From IMG/VR virus record IMGVR_UViG_3300017700_000104, positions 1 through 36,120 of that record: 36,120 nucleotides of DNA; one strand, written 5' to 3'. This stretch comes from a virus (lineage: Duplodnaviria > Caudoviricetes). The translations under genes were made by a program, and so were the position numbers. Below the pieces are notes generated by a model. It did not search any database. It was given only the letters and a program-made list of their open reading frames with translations, and had not been told where the DNA came from. The first letter of the stretch is position 1. Each line of letters opens with the position of its first letter. Positions 1-8,796 of the stretch are shown here, in pieces.

Positions 1-66
1 CGCTTCAACACAAACATTCACGTCACATTGCCTGCTGGTGCGGGTGTGACTATTTTCTGCAGCTGA
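1..66 (+). CDS. 3' end of a phage late-region protein (partial)
   Basis: Frame 1 reads RFNTNIHVTLPAGAGVTIFCS then TGA at 64-66, 2 nt before the next ATG. Confidence 0.6.
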   Translation, partial: RFNTNIHVTLPAGAGVTIFCS

Positions 67-68
67 TC

Positions 69-374
69 ATGCCAAGCAAATCACCAGCCCAACACAAATT
101 GATGGCGGCGGTTGCGCACAACCCTGAGTTTGCCAAGAAGACTGGTATCCCTCAGAAGGTTGGCAAAGAGTTTGTTCGCGCTGACAAACGCATGGCTGAT
201 GGTGGCAGCGTGAATGAGGCTGGTAATTACACCAAGCCTGAGCTGCGCAAGCGTATTGTGAGCCAAGTCAAGTCCGAAGCCACGCACGGTACAGGTGCAG
301 GCCAATGGAGCGCAAGAAAAGCGCAGCTTGTGGCCAAGCGGTATAAAGACGCGGGTGGTGGTTATCGTGATTAA
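69..374 (+). CDS. Small basic putative head/core protein (DUF5872-like N-terminal half)
   Basis: K/R-rich 101 aa. The YTKPELR...GQWSARKAQL...GGGY motif is typical of phage DUF5872-like proteins; contains MADGG. Confidence 0.75.
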   Translation: MPSKSPAQHKLMAAVAHNPEFAKKTGIPQKVGKEFVRADKRMADGGSVNEAGNYTKPELRKRIVSQVKSEATHGTGAGQWSARKAQLVAKRYKDAGGGYRD

Positions 375-606
375 AGATTCGCAAAAATCGCTGAAAGATT
401 GGGGCGATCAAAAATGGAGAACTAAAAGTGGAAAACCGTCTAGTAAAACAGGTGAGCGCTACCTTCCAGAAGCTGCGATCAAAAGTCTCAGCCCTAGTGA
501 GTACGCTGCGACAACCAAAGCAAAAAGAGCAGGCAAAGCCGCAGGAAAACAATTTGTAGCGCAACCAAAAAAGATTGCTCAAAAAACAGCCAAATACAGG
601 TTTTGA
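367..606 (+). CDS. Small basic protein (DUF5872-like C-terminal half)
   Basis: GTG at 367 overlaps the upstream gene end. Carries SQKSLKDW..QKWRTKSGKPS..ERYLP..A. Confidence 0.7.
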   Translation: MIKDSQKSLKDWGDQKWRTKSGKPSSKTGERYLPEAAIKSLSPSEYAATTKAKRAGKAAGKQFVAQPKKIAQKTAKYRF

Positions 607-608
607 CT

Positions 609-1016
609 ATGCCAAAAAATAATGCATCAATAGCCAAGTCTTTGAAGGCGGCTGGTTTCTATGAGCCAAACAAAAAAAAGTCTGAACGGCTAAACATCGT
701 CAAAAAAGTAACAACCAAGCCTCAGCGGGTAAAAATTGTTGACGAGGTGTTTGAGGGCAAGAAATTTAAAGATGGCGGCCCGTCCCTTGCCATTGGTCGA
801 GGTGAGAAGTTGCCAGCCAAGCAAGGCGCTGGATTGACGGCCAAAGGGCGTGCAAAGTACAACCGTGAGACTGGCTCAAATTTAAAGGCTCCACAGCCCC
901 AAGGCGGACCCCGTAGGGATGCTTTTTGCGCGAGAATGGAGCCTGTGGCAGAAAAGAGCGAAAAGGGCAGTAGGTCGCGTGCTTCGATGCAGCGTTGGAA
1001 TTGCCCCGGCTGGTAA
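609..1016 (+). CDS. Small basic protein with DUF6321-like C-terminal domain
   Basis: GLTAKGRAKYNRETGSNLKAPQP..RR.AFCARM..RWNC motif; ATG at 609 preferred over TTG at 603. Confidence 0.7.
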   Translation: MPKNNASIAKSLKAAGFYEPNKKKSERLNIVKKVTTKPQRVKIVDEVFEGKKFKDGGPSLAIGRGEKLPAKQGAGLTAKGRAKYNRETGSNLKAPQPQGGPRRDAFCARMEPVAEKSEKGSRSRASMQRWNCPGW

Positions 1017-1026
1017 GGACAACGAC

Positions 1027-2088
1027 ATGGCATATTCAGGTTCAGTAGGTACAACCGTCATAACGGTGCAAACGCTGATTGACCATGGCGCACGTCGCTG
1101 TGGGAAATTGGCCGAAGAGCTGACCTCTGAGCAGGTCCTGAGTGCCCGCGAGTCACTGTTTTTCCTGTTGTCCAACCTGATAAACATTGGCATTCAATAT
1201 TGGGCCATCAGCAAAAAGGTCTACGGCTTTACAGCAGATAAAGCAACGTACCTGCTGCCCCTTGGCGGCAACGACGTGCTTAATGCGTTGTACCGTTATA
1301 TGAACCGCCCTGACGGCAGCTACACATCATCCGCAGGCGGCACAGTGGCCAATCTGTACGATGGTGATGTAGACACGGTATGCACTCAAACCTCTGCAAA
1401 TGGAAATTTTGCTATCAACTTTGGCCCGTCCAACCCCATTTTTATTGGCTCAATTGGGTTCCTGCCTGCCTCCAGCGGCACTAAATCATTCATCCTCGAA
1501 TACTCGCTTGACAACGTAACTTGGGCAACCTTGGTTGATCTTGGGTCCATCGCCGTGGTCGATAACGAGTGGGTTTGGACCGACATTGCCAACGGCCAGA
1601 CCGTGCCGTACTACCGCATCCGCGCCTACAGTGGGACCACTTTGAGCCTGCGAGAATTGTATTTTGGCAACAACAGCACAGAGATCACCATGTCGCGCCT
1701 AAACCGCGATGACTACACCAACCTACCCAACAAGAACTTCACAGCCAATCAGCCGTTCCAGTTTTGGTTCAATCGCACGATTCCCCAGAGCGAGATCGTG
1801 CTTTGGCCAACGCCGCAAGACGCCTTTTATCAAATGACCATCTGGTACTCGCGCCAGATCATGGATGTGGGCGACCTGTACGGCGAGCTTGAGGTTCCGC
1901 AGCGTTGGTACGAGGCCGTGGTAATGATGCTGGCTCATAGGATGAGCTTGGAGTTGCCCGGCGTTGACCTCAATCGCGTCCAATACCTTGAAGGCCAAGC
2001 CGCAAAGTACTTGTCAATGGCCGAAGAGGAAGAGCGCGACAAGTCACCGATCTACTTTGCCCCGAACATCAGCGTTTACACGAGGTGA
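1027..2088 (+). CDS. Head-tail adaptor/tail tubular A-like protein with inserted discoidin-like domain
   Basis: TAAGGA precedes ATG 1027. Helical N- and C-termini (LWPTP, PQRWYEA..MLA) resemble adaptor proteins. The central beta segment (ANLYDGD..T, LEYSLDNVTW) resembles F5/8 type C. Confidence 0.6.
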   Translation: MAYSGSVGTTVITVQTLIDHGARRCGKLAEELTSEQVLSARESLFFLLSNLINIGIQYWAISKKVYGFTADKATYLLPLGGNDVLNALYRYMNRPDGSYTSSAGGTVANLYDGDVDTVCTQTSANGNFAINFGPSNPIFIGSIGFLPASSGTKSFILEYSLDNVTWATLVDLGSIAVVDNEWVWTDIANGQTVPYYRIRAYSGTTLSLRELYFGNNSTEITMSRLNRDDYTNLPNKNFTANQPFQFWFNRTIPQSEIVLWPTPQDAFYQMTIWYSRQIMDVGDLYGELEVPQRWYEAVVMMLAHRMSLELPGVDLNRVQYLEGQAAKYLSMAEEEERDKSPIYFAPNISVYTR

Positions 2089-2091
2089 TCG

Positions 2092-2454
2092 ATGGCTATA
2101 TTTCTGGACACTGAAGGCTACTCAGACATTGCAATTGCAATATGCGATCGCTGCAAGATGAAGCGCCCGCATGCTGTGATGCGCAACGACCCGAACTTCC
2201 CCGGCCTCCGCGTGTGCAATGAAGGCTGTGCAGATCAGCTCGACCCCTATCGTTTACCTGCTCGTAAAACCGAAAGGATAACGATTCGGTTTCCGCGTCC
2301 TGATCTTCCGCTCAATGCTGGCGACAACTATTTGGTCACGGGTGGTGAAACCAACGTGTTCCAAATTTCAACTGAGGGTAATACCCAGACGCCAACATCA
2401 ACTGGAAACAGAGACACGATTGCACCGAACCCACCAGACAATACGAGCACATAA
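2092..2454 (+). CDS. Cys-rich small morphogenesis protein
   Basis: AICDRC...GLRVC..GC.D..DP..RP motif, GAGGTG RBS, located between adaptor and fibre genes. Confidence 0.65.
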   Translation: MAIFLDTEGYSDIAIAICDRCKMKRPHAVMRNDPNFPGLRVCNEGCADQLDPYRLPARKTERITIRFPRPDLPLNAGDNYLVTGGETNVFQISTEGNTQTPTSTGNRDTIAPNPPDNTST

Positions 2455-4679
2455 TGTCCGCACAAGTAACCATACTCCAACTGCCAGCCGCTGGTGCTAT
2501 CACAGGCACTGAGGCGGTTCCAATTGTCCAAAATGGCGTGACGGTGCAGACGACCACGGGTGCAATTGCTGCATCCCCGTCTCAAACCTACACCTACCTG
2601 ACGGTCACCCAGACACCTCAGTTGCCCAACAGTCGCTACTTTGGTGCGACCAATGGTCTGGCTTTGACCGATGGCGGTGCTCAGGGCGTGTTCAATATCA
2701 GCTCCACAGGCGCTCTTTTGTCGTTGGTGAACTCTGGTACTGGGATACAGGTAAAAACGTCTTCTACGGCCATTACAGGCCGTTCTATCGCTATTGCCAA
2801 CTCAGGTTTGAGCGTGACCGATGGCGACGGCATTGCAGGCAACCCAACGCTGTCCTTGACAGGTCAAGCGCTAAACCTTGCAAACGCCAGCTTCAACGGC
2901 TTCATGGTGCTGTCAACGGCTGGCGCTGTGACCTCGACCACCTTGGTGGGTACGGCAAACCAGATTGGGATTACAAACACCAACGGCGTTGGCAATCCAG
3001 TTTTCTCGATTGCTGATGACGCGGTGTTCCCCGGCGTGGGTTCGATAACCGTACCCGTCGGAACCACTGGCCAACGGGGCGCTGGAGTGGTTGGCAAGGT
3101 GCGCTACAACTCCACCGACGGGGCTTATGAAGGCTTCTCAGGTGGCGCATGGCGTCAATTCTCTCTGTCTGGTGGCGTGACTCAAGTTGACACTGGAACG
3201 GGCCTCACAGGCGGCCCTATCACGGGCACGGGCACGATTTCAATTGCCAACACCACGGTGACTGCTGGGTCCTACGGCTCTGGTACGCAGGTCGGCACGT
3301 TCACCGTCAATGCTCAAGGCCAACTGACTGCCGCAGCCAACGTGACAATCACCCCTTCTGGTATCGGCGCAGTGGCGTCTGTGTCTGGGACTGCAAACGA
3401 AATAACCGCAACGGGGACCAGTACGGTCGTTTTGTCGCTGCCAGCCGCTTTGACGTTTACTGGCAAAACAATAACTGGTGGAACTTTCAACGCTGGGGCA
3501 ATTCAAATTGGTGGCGTGGATGTAGTTACGTTGTCTGCCACTCAAACGCTGACCAACAAAACTCTGACGCTGCCTGTCATTGCGTCCATATCAAACAGCG
3601 GCACGGTCACTATTCCCACGGGAACTGACACTTTGGTGGCACGCACCAGCACCGACACATTGACCAACAAGTCGATCTCTGGCTCGACCAACACGTTGAC
3701 CAACATTAGCAATGGATCGCTGACAAACTCGTCGCTGACTGTTGGCACAACGACAATTTCCTTGGGAAGCTCAAGCCTGACGCTTGGCGGCTTGACGTCT
3801 GTTGCGGTGACTCAAGACCCAACATCTGCCTTGCAGTTGGCAACAAAGCAATATGTGGATGCAGTAGCCGAGGGCCTGCACATTCACGCGGCTTGCGCGG
3901 CAGCAACCCCCGCCACGCTTGCTTCAATTACTGGTGGCACGGTAACCTACAACAACGGCACGGCTGGTGTTGGGGCGACCTTGACCTTGTCGGTGGCTTT
4001 GACTGTTTTAGATGGCTATACGCTCTTGAATGGCGACCGTGTTCTTGTGAAGAACGAAGCTACGCAGGCCAACAACGGTATCTACACATGGGCGACAGGC
4101 GGCACGGTTTTAACTCGTGCAACTGACTTTGATACCGCTGCTGAGATGGCGAGTGGTGACTTCACATTTATCGTTTACGGAACTCTTTATGCTAATACAG
4201 GTTGGGTTCAAACTGATCCAGTAACGGTTGTTGGTACAAGCCCTGTAACATGGATACAGTTCTCTGGCGCAGGAGCATACACCGCAGGCACTGGCTTGAC
4301 CCTGACTGGCACGCAGTTCAGTATCACCAACACTGCGGTTTCTGCTGGGGCGTATGGCTCTGCTACCCAAGTCGGTACGTTTACTGTCAATGCACAGGGT
4401 CAATTGACTCTGGCAGGCAACACAACAGTCACCCCAGCGGTTGGTTCCATTACTGGATTGGGTTCAGGTGTGGCGACTGCTTTGGCAGTCAATGTAGGCT
4501 CTGCTGGTGCTTTTGTGACGTTCAATGGCGCGTTAGGTACACCAAGTTCTGGTACTGTTACAAATCTAACGGGTACTGCATCAATTAACATTAACGGTAC
4601 TGTTGGTGCTACAACGCCTACAACAGGAAACTTTACAACTGTTACTGCCACCACAGGCATCTCGGGCGGGACTTTCTAA
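2454..4679 (+). CDS. Tail fibre/virion structural protein
   Basis: T/G/S/A-rich 741 aa with fibre motifs ATKQYVD, GDRVLVKNE...NGIY, LTRATDFD and TLTNKT repeats; ends GGTF. Confidence 0.8.
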   Translation: MSAQVTILQLPAAGAITGTEAVPIVQNGVTVQTTTGAIAASPSQTYTYLTVTQTPQLPNSRYFGATNGLALTDGGAQGVFNISSTGALLSLVNSGTGIQVKTSSTAITGRSIAIANSGLSVTDGDGIAGNPTLSLTGQALNLANASFNGFMVLSTAGAVTSTTLVGTANQIGITNTNGVGNPVFSIADDAVFPGVGSITVPVGTTGQRGAGVVGKVRYNSTDGAYEGFSGGAWRQFSLSGGVTQVDTGTGLTGGPITGTGTISIANTTVTAGSYGSGTQVGTFTVNAQGQLTAAANVTITPSGIGAVASVSGTANEITATGTSTVVLSLPAALTFTGKTITGGTFNAGAIQIGGVDVVTLSATQTLTNKTLTLPVIASISNSGTVTIPTGTDTLVARTSTDTLTNKSISGSTNTLTNISNGSLTNSSLTVGTTTISLGSSSLTLGGLTSVAVTQDPTSALQLATKQYVDAVAEGLHIHAACAAATPATLASITGGTVTYNNGTAGVGATLTLSVALTVLDGYTLLNGDRVLVKNEATQANNGIYTWATGGTVLTRATDFDTAAEMASGDFTFIVYGTLYANTGWVQTDPVTVVGTSPVTWIQFSGAGAYTAGTGLTLTGTQFSITNTAVSAGAYGSATQVGTFTVNAQGQLTLAGNTTVTPAVGSITGLGSGVATALAVNVGSAGAFVTFNGALGTPSSGTVTNLTGTASININGTVGATTPTTGNFTTVTATTGISGGTF

Positions 4680-4688
4680 GGAAAAATT

Positions 4689-7673
4689 ATGGCTGCAACG
4701 AACTTTACACCAATCCAAATTTACTTTTCAACGACTGCATCTGCCGTGCCACTGGCGGCAAATCTTGCGCAAGGTGAATTGGCAATCAACATCACCGACG
4801 GCAAGCTGTATTACGAGGACAACGCAGGCGTTGTGCAGGTAATTGCAACCAAGGGTGCTGGCACGATTGGCGGCTCAAACACGCAAATCCAGTACAACAA
4901 CGCAGGCGCGTTGGCTGGTAACGCGGCCATGACGTTCAACAGCGCCACAAGCACCACCACGCTGACCACGCTGAACCTCACCAATGCCCTTGGCGCGACC
5001 TTTGGCGGTACTGCGCAGTCTTCTTATACCCAAGGTGACATCCTTTACTCTTCGGCCACTAACACGCTTGCCAAGCTTGGCATTGGCACAGTCAACTTCA
5101 TTTTGACGTCAACTGGTTCGGTTCCACAATGGGTGGCTCCTACAAGCATTACCGTACAGACGGCCAACAACCTTGCTGGCGGAGCTGCTGGGTCGGTTCC
5201 TTACCAGTCCGCCGTTGATACGACCACGTTCTTGGCCATCGGGGCTGCAAACCGCGTCATGACCTCCACAGGCTCTGCGCCTCAATGGGTGACGTCCCTG
5301 ACGTCCCTGACGGGCGTTTCCAGCTCTTCGATCACCAACACCAGCCTGACCTCTGGTCGAGTGGTTTTCAGCGGCGCAAGCGGCGTCCAGACCGACTCTG
5401 CAAACTTGACCTTTAACGGTACGACTTTGTCGGCCACGGGCTTCTCAACAACTGGCCTGAGCACCTTGGTCCAGACCGTCACAATTGGCAACAGCAACTT
5501 CAATGGTGCTGCTGTTTTTGCACCCACGACTCCTGCCAAGCTGTACATTGGCACTGGAACGGTGACTGATACCACTTCGGCGATTGGTGCAACCAACGCA
5601 ACTGGTGCTATCAGCTCTTTGGCCATCACGCCAATTGCTGCAACCAACACCACGGTTACCTACACCAACGCGGCGACCCTGTACATTGCAGGCGCACCAA
5701 GCGCTGGCACAAACATCACGATCACCAACCCATACTCGCTGTATGTGGCCGCTGGCACTTCTTACTTTGGTGGTGCTGTGGATGTGGCAGGTAATGCAAC
5801 ATTTGGTAGCTTGGGAGCAGGTCGAGTTGTCTACACAAGCACAGGCGGTCTTTTAGCAAGCAGTAGCAATTTGACGTATGCTGGAACTGATTTAGCCAAC
5901 TCTAATGGCGACATCATTATTGGTAATAACCCAAGTGTTACGACACGAATGTTCCGCGCTATTGAGGTTGGAGCATCTGGCAACAACGCAGGTATTGCCT
6001 TTGGTAATACTGGCGGGAAAGGGGCTATTTACGGTCAGTCAGGCTCTGCTAACTTATCTATTGTCAGCGGCAATAGCGGAGCGATAGCGTTTGGTTATTC
6101 GACTGGTAACGCTGACGCATCTGCAAACTTCCTTTCTTTGGGCGCTTGGACAACCACTGGATTGGGTATAGGTACTGCTACACCGGGCGTTAAGGTTGAT
6201 ATTGTTTCTGCTAACAATACCTCGCTTGCTTCTGTGTTGCGGGTCAACAGCAACAATGTAGCGGTAAGTACCAGCATTGCTTATGACGGTCTGGTTGGCT
6301 CTGGTGAATTTGAGCTTCGTACAAGTTCCGCTTCTGCTCTTAAATTTGGAACCAACGCAACAGAACGAGCCCGTATCGACTCCAGCGGTAACTTGATTGT
6401 TGGAGGCACTTCGCCAACGGGTCGTCTTACGGTAGCCGATAGCACGACTTCTGTTTTAACCCTTCGCGCAACATCGGCGGTTGATGCTGATGGTCGTGTT
6501 ATTGGAACCTTAAACTTTCAAGAACCTGAAGGAACAGGTGACGGCACATTGGCTATTGAAGCGGCAATTAGCGGCCTACGAAGCGGCACGGATTCTTTTA
6601 ATAGCGGTGGTCGTCTTGCTTTTTACACCAGACCATTTAACGGCGCACTCACCCAAGCAATGACGCTTGATGCTAGTGGGAATTTGGGGGTGGGTGTTAC
6701 ATCGCCATTATCAAGAATTGATGCTCGTGCCGCAAGTGCGACTATTGATAACTACCAACAAATCCAAGCAATTACTACAAATTCTGCGGCTATCAACCTT
6801 GGTGGTGGTATTGGTCTTGGTGGCTACTACTCTGGAACAGCGGCGGTTGCAATATTTGGAAACGTTACTGGTCGCAAAGAAAATGCTACAGATGGAAACT
6901 TTAGTGGATATTTAGCATTTGGAACTAACAACAACTCTACTGGTATTGTGGAACGAGCCCGTATTGACTCCAGCGGTAACATGGGTATTGGTACTACTAC
7001 CCCTAGCAGTAGACTTGAGATTGTTGGCGTAAATCCAAAATTAACAATCAATGCAAATGACATTGTAAATGGAAGAACTGCCACACTAAGTTTAATTTCT
7101 GGTACAAGTGCCGACCCCACTAGCCTTTGCCAAATTATGTATGGTGCGAGCAATTCAACAACTGCCGGAACTTTAGTTTTTGTTGAGGGTGATGGTACGA
7201 CACAACGGATGCGTATTACACCTGCTGGCGAAGTAGTTATCAACAATACAGTCGCCTATAACTCCGCAAGACTTGCAGTTGCTGGTGACCTTGAGGCTCG
7301 TGGAAGCATGAAGTCTTACCAATCGACTAGAGGCGGTTTAGCAATTGGAGCATCGGTAGATTTATTCTCAATACCAGCGGGTTCTTTTGGCACGGGTATT
7401 AGTATGATTGCCTATGTCGAGCAACGAGACGATAACATCGGCGCTTTGTCTAACTATCAATTTAGCATCACTGGCTGGGGTGGCTCTGGCGTAACCGTCA
7501 ATGTTGCCAGCAATCAAGGTTATGGCGCTGGTTCTCCATTAACTGTAAGCACTGGCACTTCTGGCGGCAGTGCGTTTGTCACCCTCACAAATGCTTCTGG
7601 TAGGACATCCACTTCATTGACTATGGTTGTTATCGTACTTCTATCGTACCCGTCAATTACTTGGGGCTGGTAA
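4689..7673 (+). CDS. Long tail fibre / receptor-binding protein
   Basis: N-terminal GELAINITDGKLYY (Mtd_N-like anchor) and repeated ERARIDSSGNxGIG modules; TAAGGA RBS. No S74 chaperone motif seen at the C-terminus. Confidence 0.85.
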   Translation: MAATNFTPIQIYFSTTASAVPLAANLAQGELAINITDGKLYYEDNAGVVQVIATKGAGTIGGSNTQIQYNNAGALAGNAAMTFNSATSTTTLTTLNLTNALGATFGGTAQSSYTQGDILYSSATNTLAKLGIGTVNFILTSTGSVPQWVAPTSITVQTANNLAGGAAGSVPYQSAVDTTTFLAIGAANRVMTSTGSAPQWVTSLTSLTGVSSSSITNTSLTSGRVVFSGASGVQTDSANLTFNGTTLSATGFSTTGLSTLVQTVTIGNSNFNGAAVFAPTTPAKLYIGTGTVTDTTSAIGATNATGAISSLAITPIAATNTTVTYTNAATLYIAGAPSAGTNITITNPYSLYVAAGTSYFGGAVDVAGNATFGSLGAGRVVYTSTGGLLASSSNLTYAGTDLANSNGDIIIGNNPSVTTRMFRAIEVGASGNNAGIAFGNTGGKGAIYGQSGSANLSIVSGNSGAIAFGYSTGNADASANFLSLGAWTTTGLGIGTATPGVKVDIVSANNTSLASVLRVNSNNVAVSTSIAYDGLVGSGEFELRTSSASALKFGTNATERARIDSSGNLIVGGTSPTGRLTVADSTTSVLTLRATSAVDADGRVIGTLNFQEPEGTGDGTLAIEAAISGLRSGTDSFNSGGRLAFYTRPFNGALTQAMTLDASGNLGVGVTSPLSRIDARAASATIDNYQQIQAITTNSAAINLGGGIGLGGYYSGTAAVAIFGNVTGRKENATDGNFSGYLAFGTNNNSTGIVERARIDSSGNMGIGTTTPSSRLEIVGVNPKLTINANDIVNGRTATLSLISGTSADPTSLCQIMYGASNSTTAGTLVFVEGDGTTQRMRITPAGEVVINNTVAYNSARLAVAGDLEARGSMKSYQSTRGGLAIGASVDLFSIPAGSFGTGISMIAYVEQRDDNIGALSNYQFSITGWGGSGVTVNVASNQGYGAGSPLTVSTGTSGGSAFVTLTNASGRTSTSLTMVVIVLLSYPSITWGW
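6363..6980 (+). repeat. 30-bp direct repeat pair (6363-6392 and 6951-6980)
   Basis: GAACGAGCCCGTATYGACTCCAGCGGTAAC, 29/30 identical, both encoding ERARIDSSGN. Confidence 0.9.
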
Positions 7674-7699
7674 TTTTTTAATTTCTTTAAGGAAAAATC

Positions 7700-8071
7700 A
7701 TGACAACAATCGCATGGACAATTGATTGGATGGAAACATCCACACAGGTAATCGACGGCTATTCACAGGTGGTATTGAGTGCTGGATGGCGCTGTACTGG
7801 CACGGATGTGGTTCCACCCCCAGCAGGCAGTGCCGAGACTGTACAGCCTACTGTTTATACAGCATCAAACTACGGTGTATCAACATTCCCTATTCCAGCA
7901 ACAGGTGGCTCATTTACACCCTACGACCAACTTACACAACAGCAGGTGGTTGGTTGGTGTTGGGACACAGGGGTTGATCAGGTCGCTACTGAAGCCGCAA
8001 TTACTGCCAATATTGACGCCCAGCTTAACCCAACAGAAGTGCAATTGCCTTTGCCTTGGGCTGCGGCATAA
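7700..8071 (+). CDS. Tail fibre-associated protein (putative assembly/chaperone)
   Basis: W.I..M...VV...WRCTG..FTPY.QLT...V.GW...LPLPW pattern, usual directly after such fibres; TAAGGA RBS. Confidence 0.65.
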   Translation: MTTIAWTIDWMETSTQVIDGYSQVVLSAGWRCTGTDVVPPPAGSAETVQPTVYTASNYGVSTFPIPATGGSFTPYDQLTQQQVVGWCWDTGVDQVATEAAITANIDAQLNPTEVQLPLPWAAA

Positions 8072-8079
8072 TTGAATGA

Positions 8080-8105
8080 GGGCAAACCGCTGGCCCAAAC
8101 AGCGG
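8080..8105 (+). promoter_or_regulatory. Intergenic H-type RNA pseudoknot (putative translational element)
   Basis: GGGC-AAA-CCGCTG-GCCC-AAA-CAGCGG: 8080-83 pairs with 8093-96 and 8087-92 pairs with 8100-05, all Watson-Crick. Confidence 0.65.
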
Positions 8106-8126
8106 AAATTACACGGAGAGTATTTC

Positions 8127-8288
8127 ATGCAAAAAATTGCACTTTCAACTGAGCTGGTCAACGCAATCCTGCAATATTTGGGCAACCAAAAGTTTTTGGA
8201 TGTGGCGCAACTGATCAACAGCATTCAGCAAGAAGCACAAGCTCAAGTTGCACCCGCAGCGCCAGCCGACGCACCTGCTGCTGAGTAA
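8127..8288 (+). CDS. Small helical protein (53 aa)
   Basis: GGAGAG RBS before ATG 8127; MQKIALSTELVNAILQYLG... Confidence 0.7.
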   Translation: MQKIALSTELVNAILQYLGNQKFLDVAQLINSIQQEAQAQVAPAAPADAPAAE

Positions 8289-8314
8289 ACGTCAAGTTGA
8301 GCGGAAATTACTTC

Positions 8315-8530
8315 ATGGAACCCATACACGAACTTGCCACTGAAACCGACAAGCGTTTAAGTGTTCATGAGGCGATTTGCGCTCAACGATATGAGGGCAT
8401 TCAAGCCCGCTTTGACGATGGTTCCAAGCGCATGACCAAGATTGAGTACTTGCTGTACATCGTGATCTTGGCTGTGCTGCTTGGCCCCGGTGTTGCGGCT
8501 GAAATGGTCAAGAAAGTGTTCGGACTATGA
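8315..8530 (+). CDS. Coiled-coil plus C-terminal TM protein (XhlA/holin-like)
   Basis: RLSVHEAICAQRY..I..RF motif followed by a hydrophobic stretch (LLYIVILAVLLG). Confidence 0.6.
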   Translation: MEPIHELATETDKRLSVHEAICAQRYEGIQARFDDGSKRMTKIEYLLYIVILAVLLGPGVAAEMVKKVFGL

Positions 8531-8796
8531 ATTGGTCCGACGTCCTCAAAGCCGTCATCCCTATCGTGGTGATGTCACTGGCTTGGCTGCTTGGCCAAGT
8601 CAACAGCTTTTCTGAGCGACTGACAAAAATTGAGGGCAGCATGCCAGCCCTAATCACTAAAGAAGGCATCCCAACCGATTCTCCAATTTCAGCCGAACGT
8701 AGGGCGGTTCTCAAAGAACAGTTGATGAGCCACATCAACGAGTTGCAAGTCAAAGTCAGGCTCCTTGAAGAGCGCGAAAAAATGGTGAAAAAATGA
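8527..8796 (+). CDS. Membrane-anchored coiled-coil protein of the lysis cassette
   Basis: N-terminal TM (AVIPIVVMSLAWLLG), C-terminal heptads, ATGA coupling. Confidence 0.6.
   Translation: MNWSDVLKAVIPIVVMSLAWLLGQVNSFSERLTKIEGSMPALITKEGIPTDSPISAERRAVLKEQLMSHINELQVKVRLLEEREKMVKK

Noticed and set aside
919-1026. Upstream extension of the adaptor ORF to 919 (similar extensions at 295, 8076, 14818, 31071, 31581 and 32243)
   Set aside because: The extensions overlap upstream genes or structured RNA, while downstream starts have an RBS or stop/start coupling.
4689-7673. Diversity-generating retroelement target, suggested by the Mtd_N-like N-terminus
   Set aside because: No reverse transcriptase and no TR/VR pair differing at adenines is visible in the window. 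Mtd_N-like anchors are common on ordinary fibres.
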